The notes under the pieces are model-generated. The model made no database searches and was not told where the DNA came from. It saw nothing but the letters and a program-made list of their open reading frames with translations. A stretch of 62,989 bases of DNA, the filler included, from Cercozoa sp. M6MM (lineage: Eukaryota; Protista; Endomyxa: Ascetosporea): assembly GCA_040357565.1 (NCBI GenBank). It is 9 parts of 9 records of this genome, joined end to end, with 100 filler letters (N's around TTAATTAATTAA, not from the genome) between each part and the next. Parts side by side here need not be neighbours in the genome. Positions count along the whole stretch, not along the records: positions 50,831 to 62,989 come from JBDODJ010000384.1; 8 more parts are not named here. One strand, written 5' to 3'. Positions 62,820 to 62,989 of the stretch are shown one piece after another (position 1 is the first letter of the stretch; every line of letters begins with the position of its first letter). A program made the translations under genes and the position numbers.

Positions 62820-62989
62820 ATTCCTAGGCCTGTCCGTTAACCCTCGCGACGCTTTCTAAGAGTTTCCTTCCTTGCCTTGCGTTGCTTGATCGATTACGAT
62901 ACGTTTGCTGCGAGCGGTCGGAGGGCACTACGGCATCTTTGTTGTTACTGCGGCTCAATGGCCCAATCAGTAAGGGAAAGGAGAGACCC

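Overview
Eukaryotic (protist-like) draft genome, not prokaryotic. Nine contig pieces are joined by eight artificial 100-nt spacers (N44-TTAATTAATTAA-N44), so neighbourhood across spacers is meaningless. Genes are dense and split by many short (~45-70 nt) GT-AG introns, often inflated by simple repeats, so the ORF track shows only exon fragments; the models below were spliced by eye and their ends are approximate. About 30 protein genes are supported, including a permuted papain-like amidase, WW protein, PBDC1, TBC GAP, rhomboid, RluA, TRIAP1/Mdm35, eIF2B-epsilon, RFC2, RPA12, RPT5, UMPS, ORC2, PDE, PUS7, GTPBP1/2, SMCR8-like, beta-COP, class III cyclase, STX5-like, 2-Cys peroxiredoxin, sterol C5-desaturase, APRT and a J-domain protein. 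Non-coding highlights: (1) a ~183-nt multi-branched RNA-like structure whose closing helix ends exactly at the rhomboid start codon, 50 nt downstream of a solo-LTR-like insertion; (2) two copies of that TG...CA element, each with its own 4-bp target-site duplication; (3) a dual-guide U15/snR75+snR13-like C/D snoRNA in a PUS7 intron; (4) a perfect 59-bp inverted repeat; (5) intron-confined, strand-polarised TTTACCC(C)n tracts and repeats seeded at splice donors.
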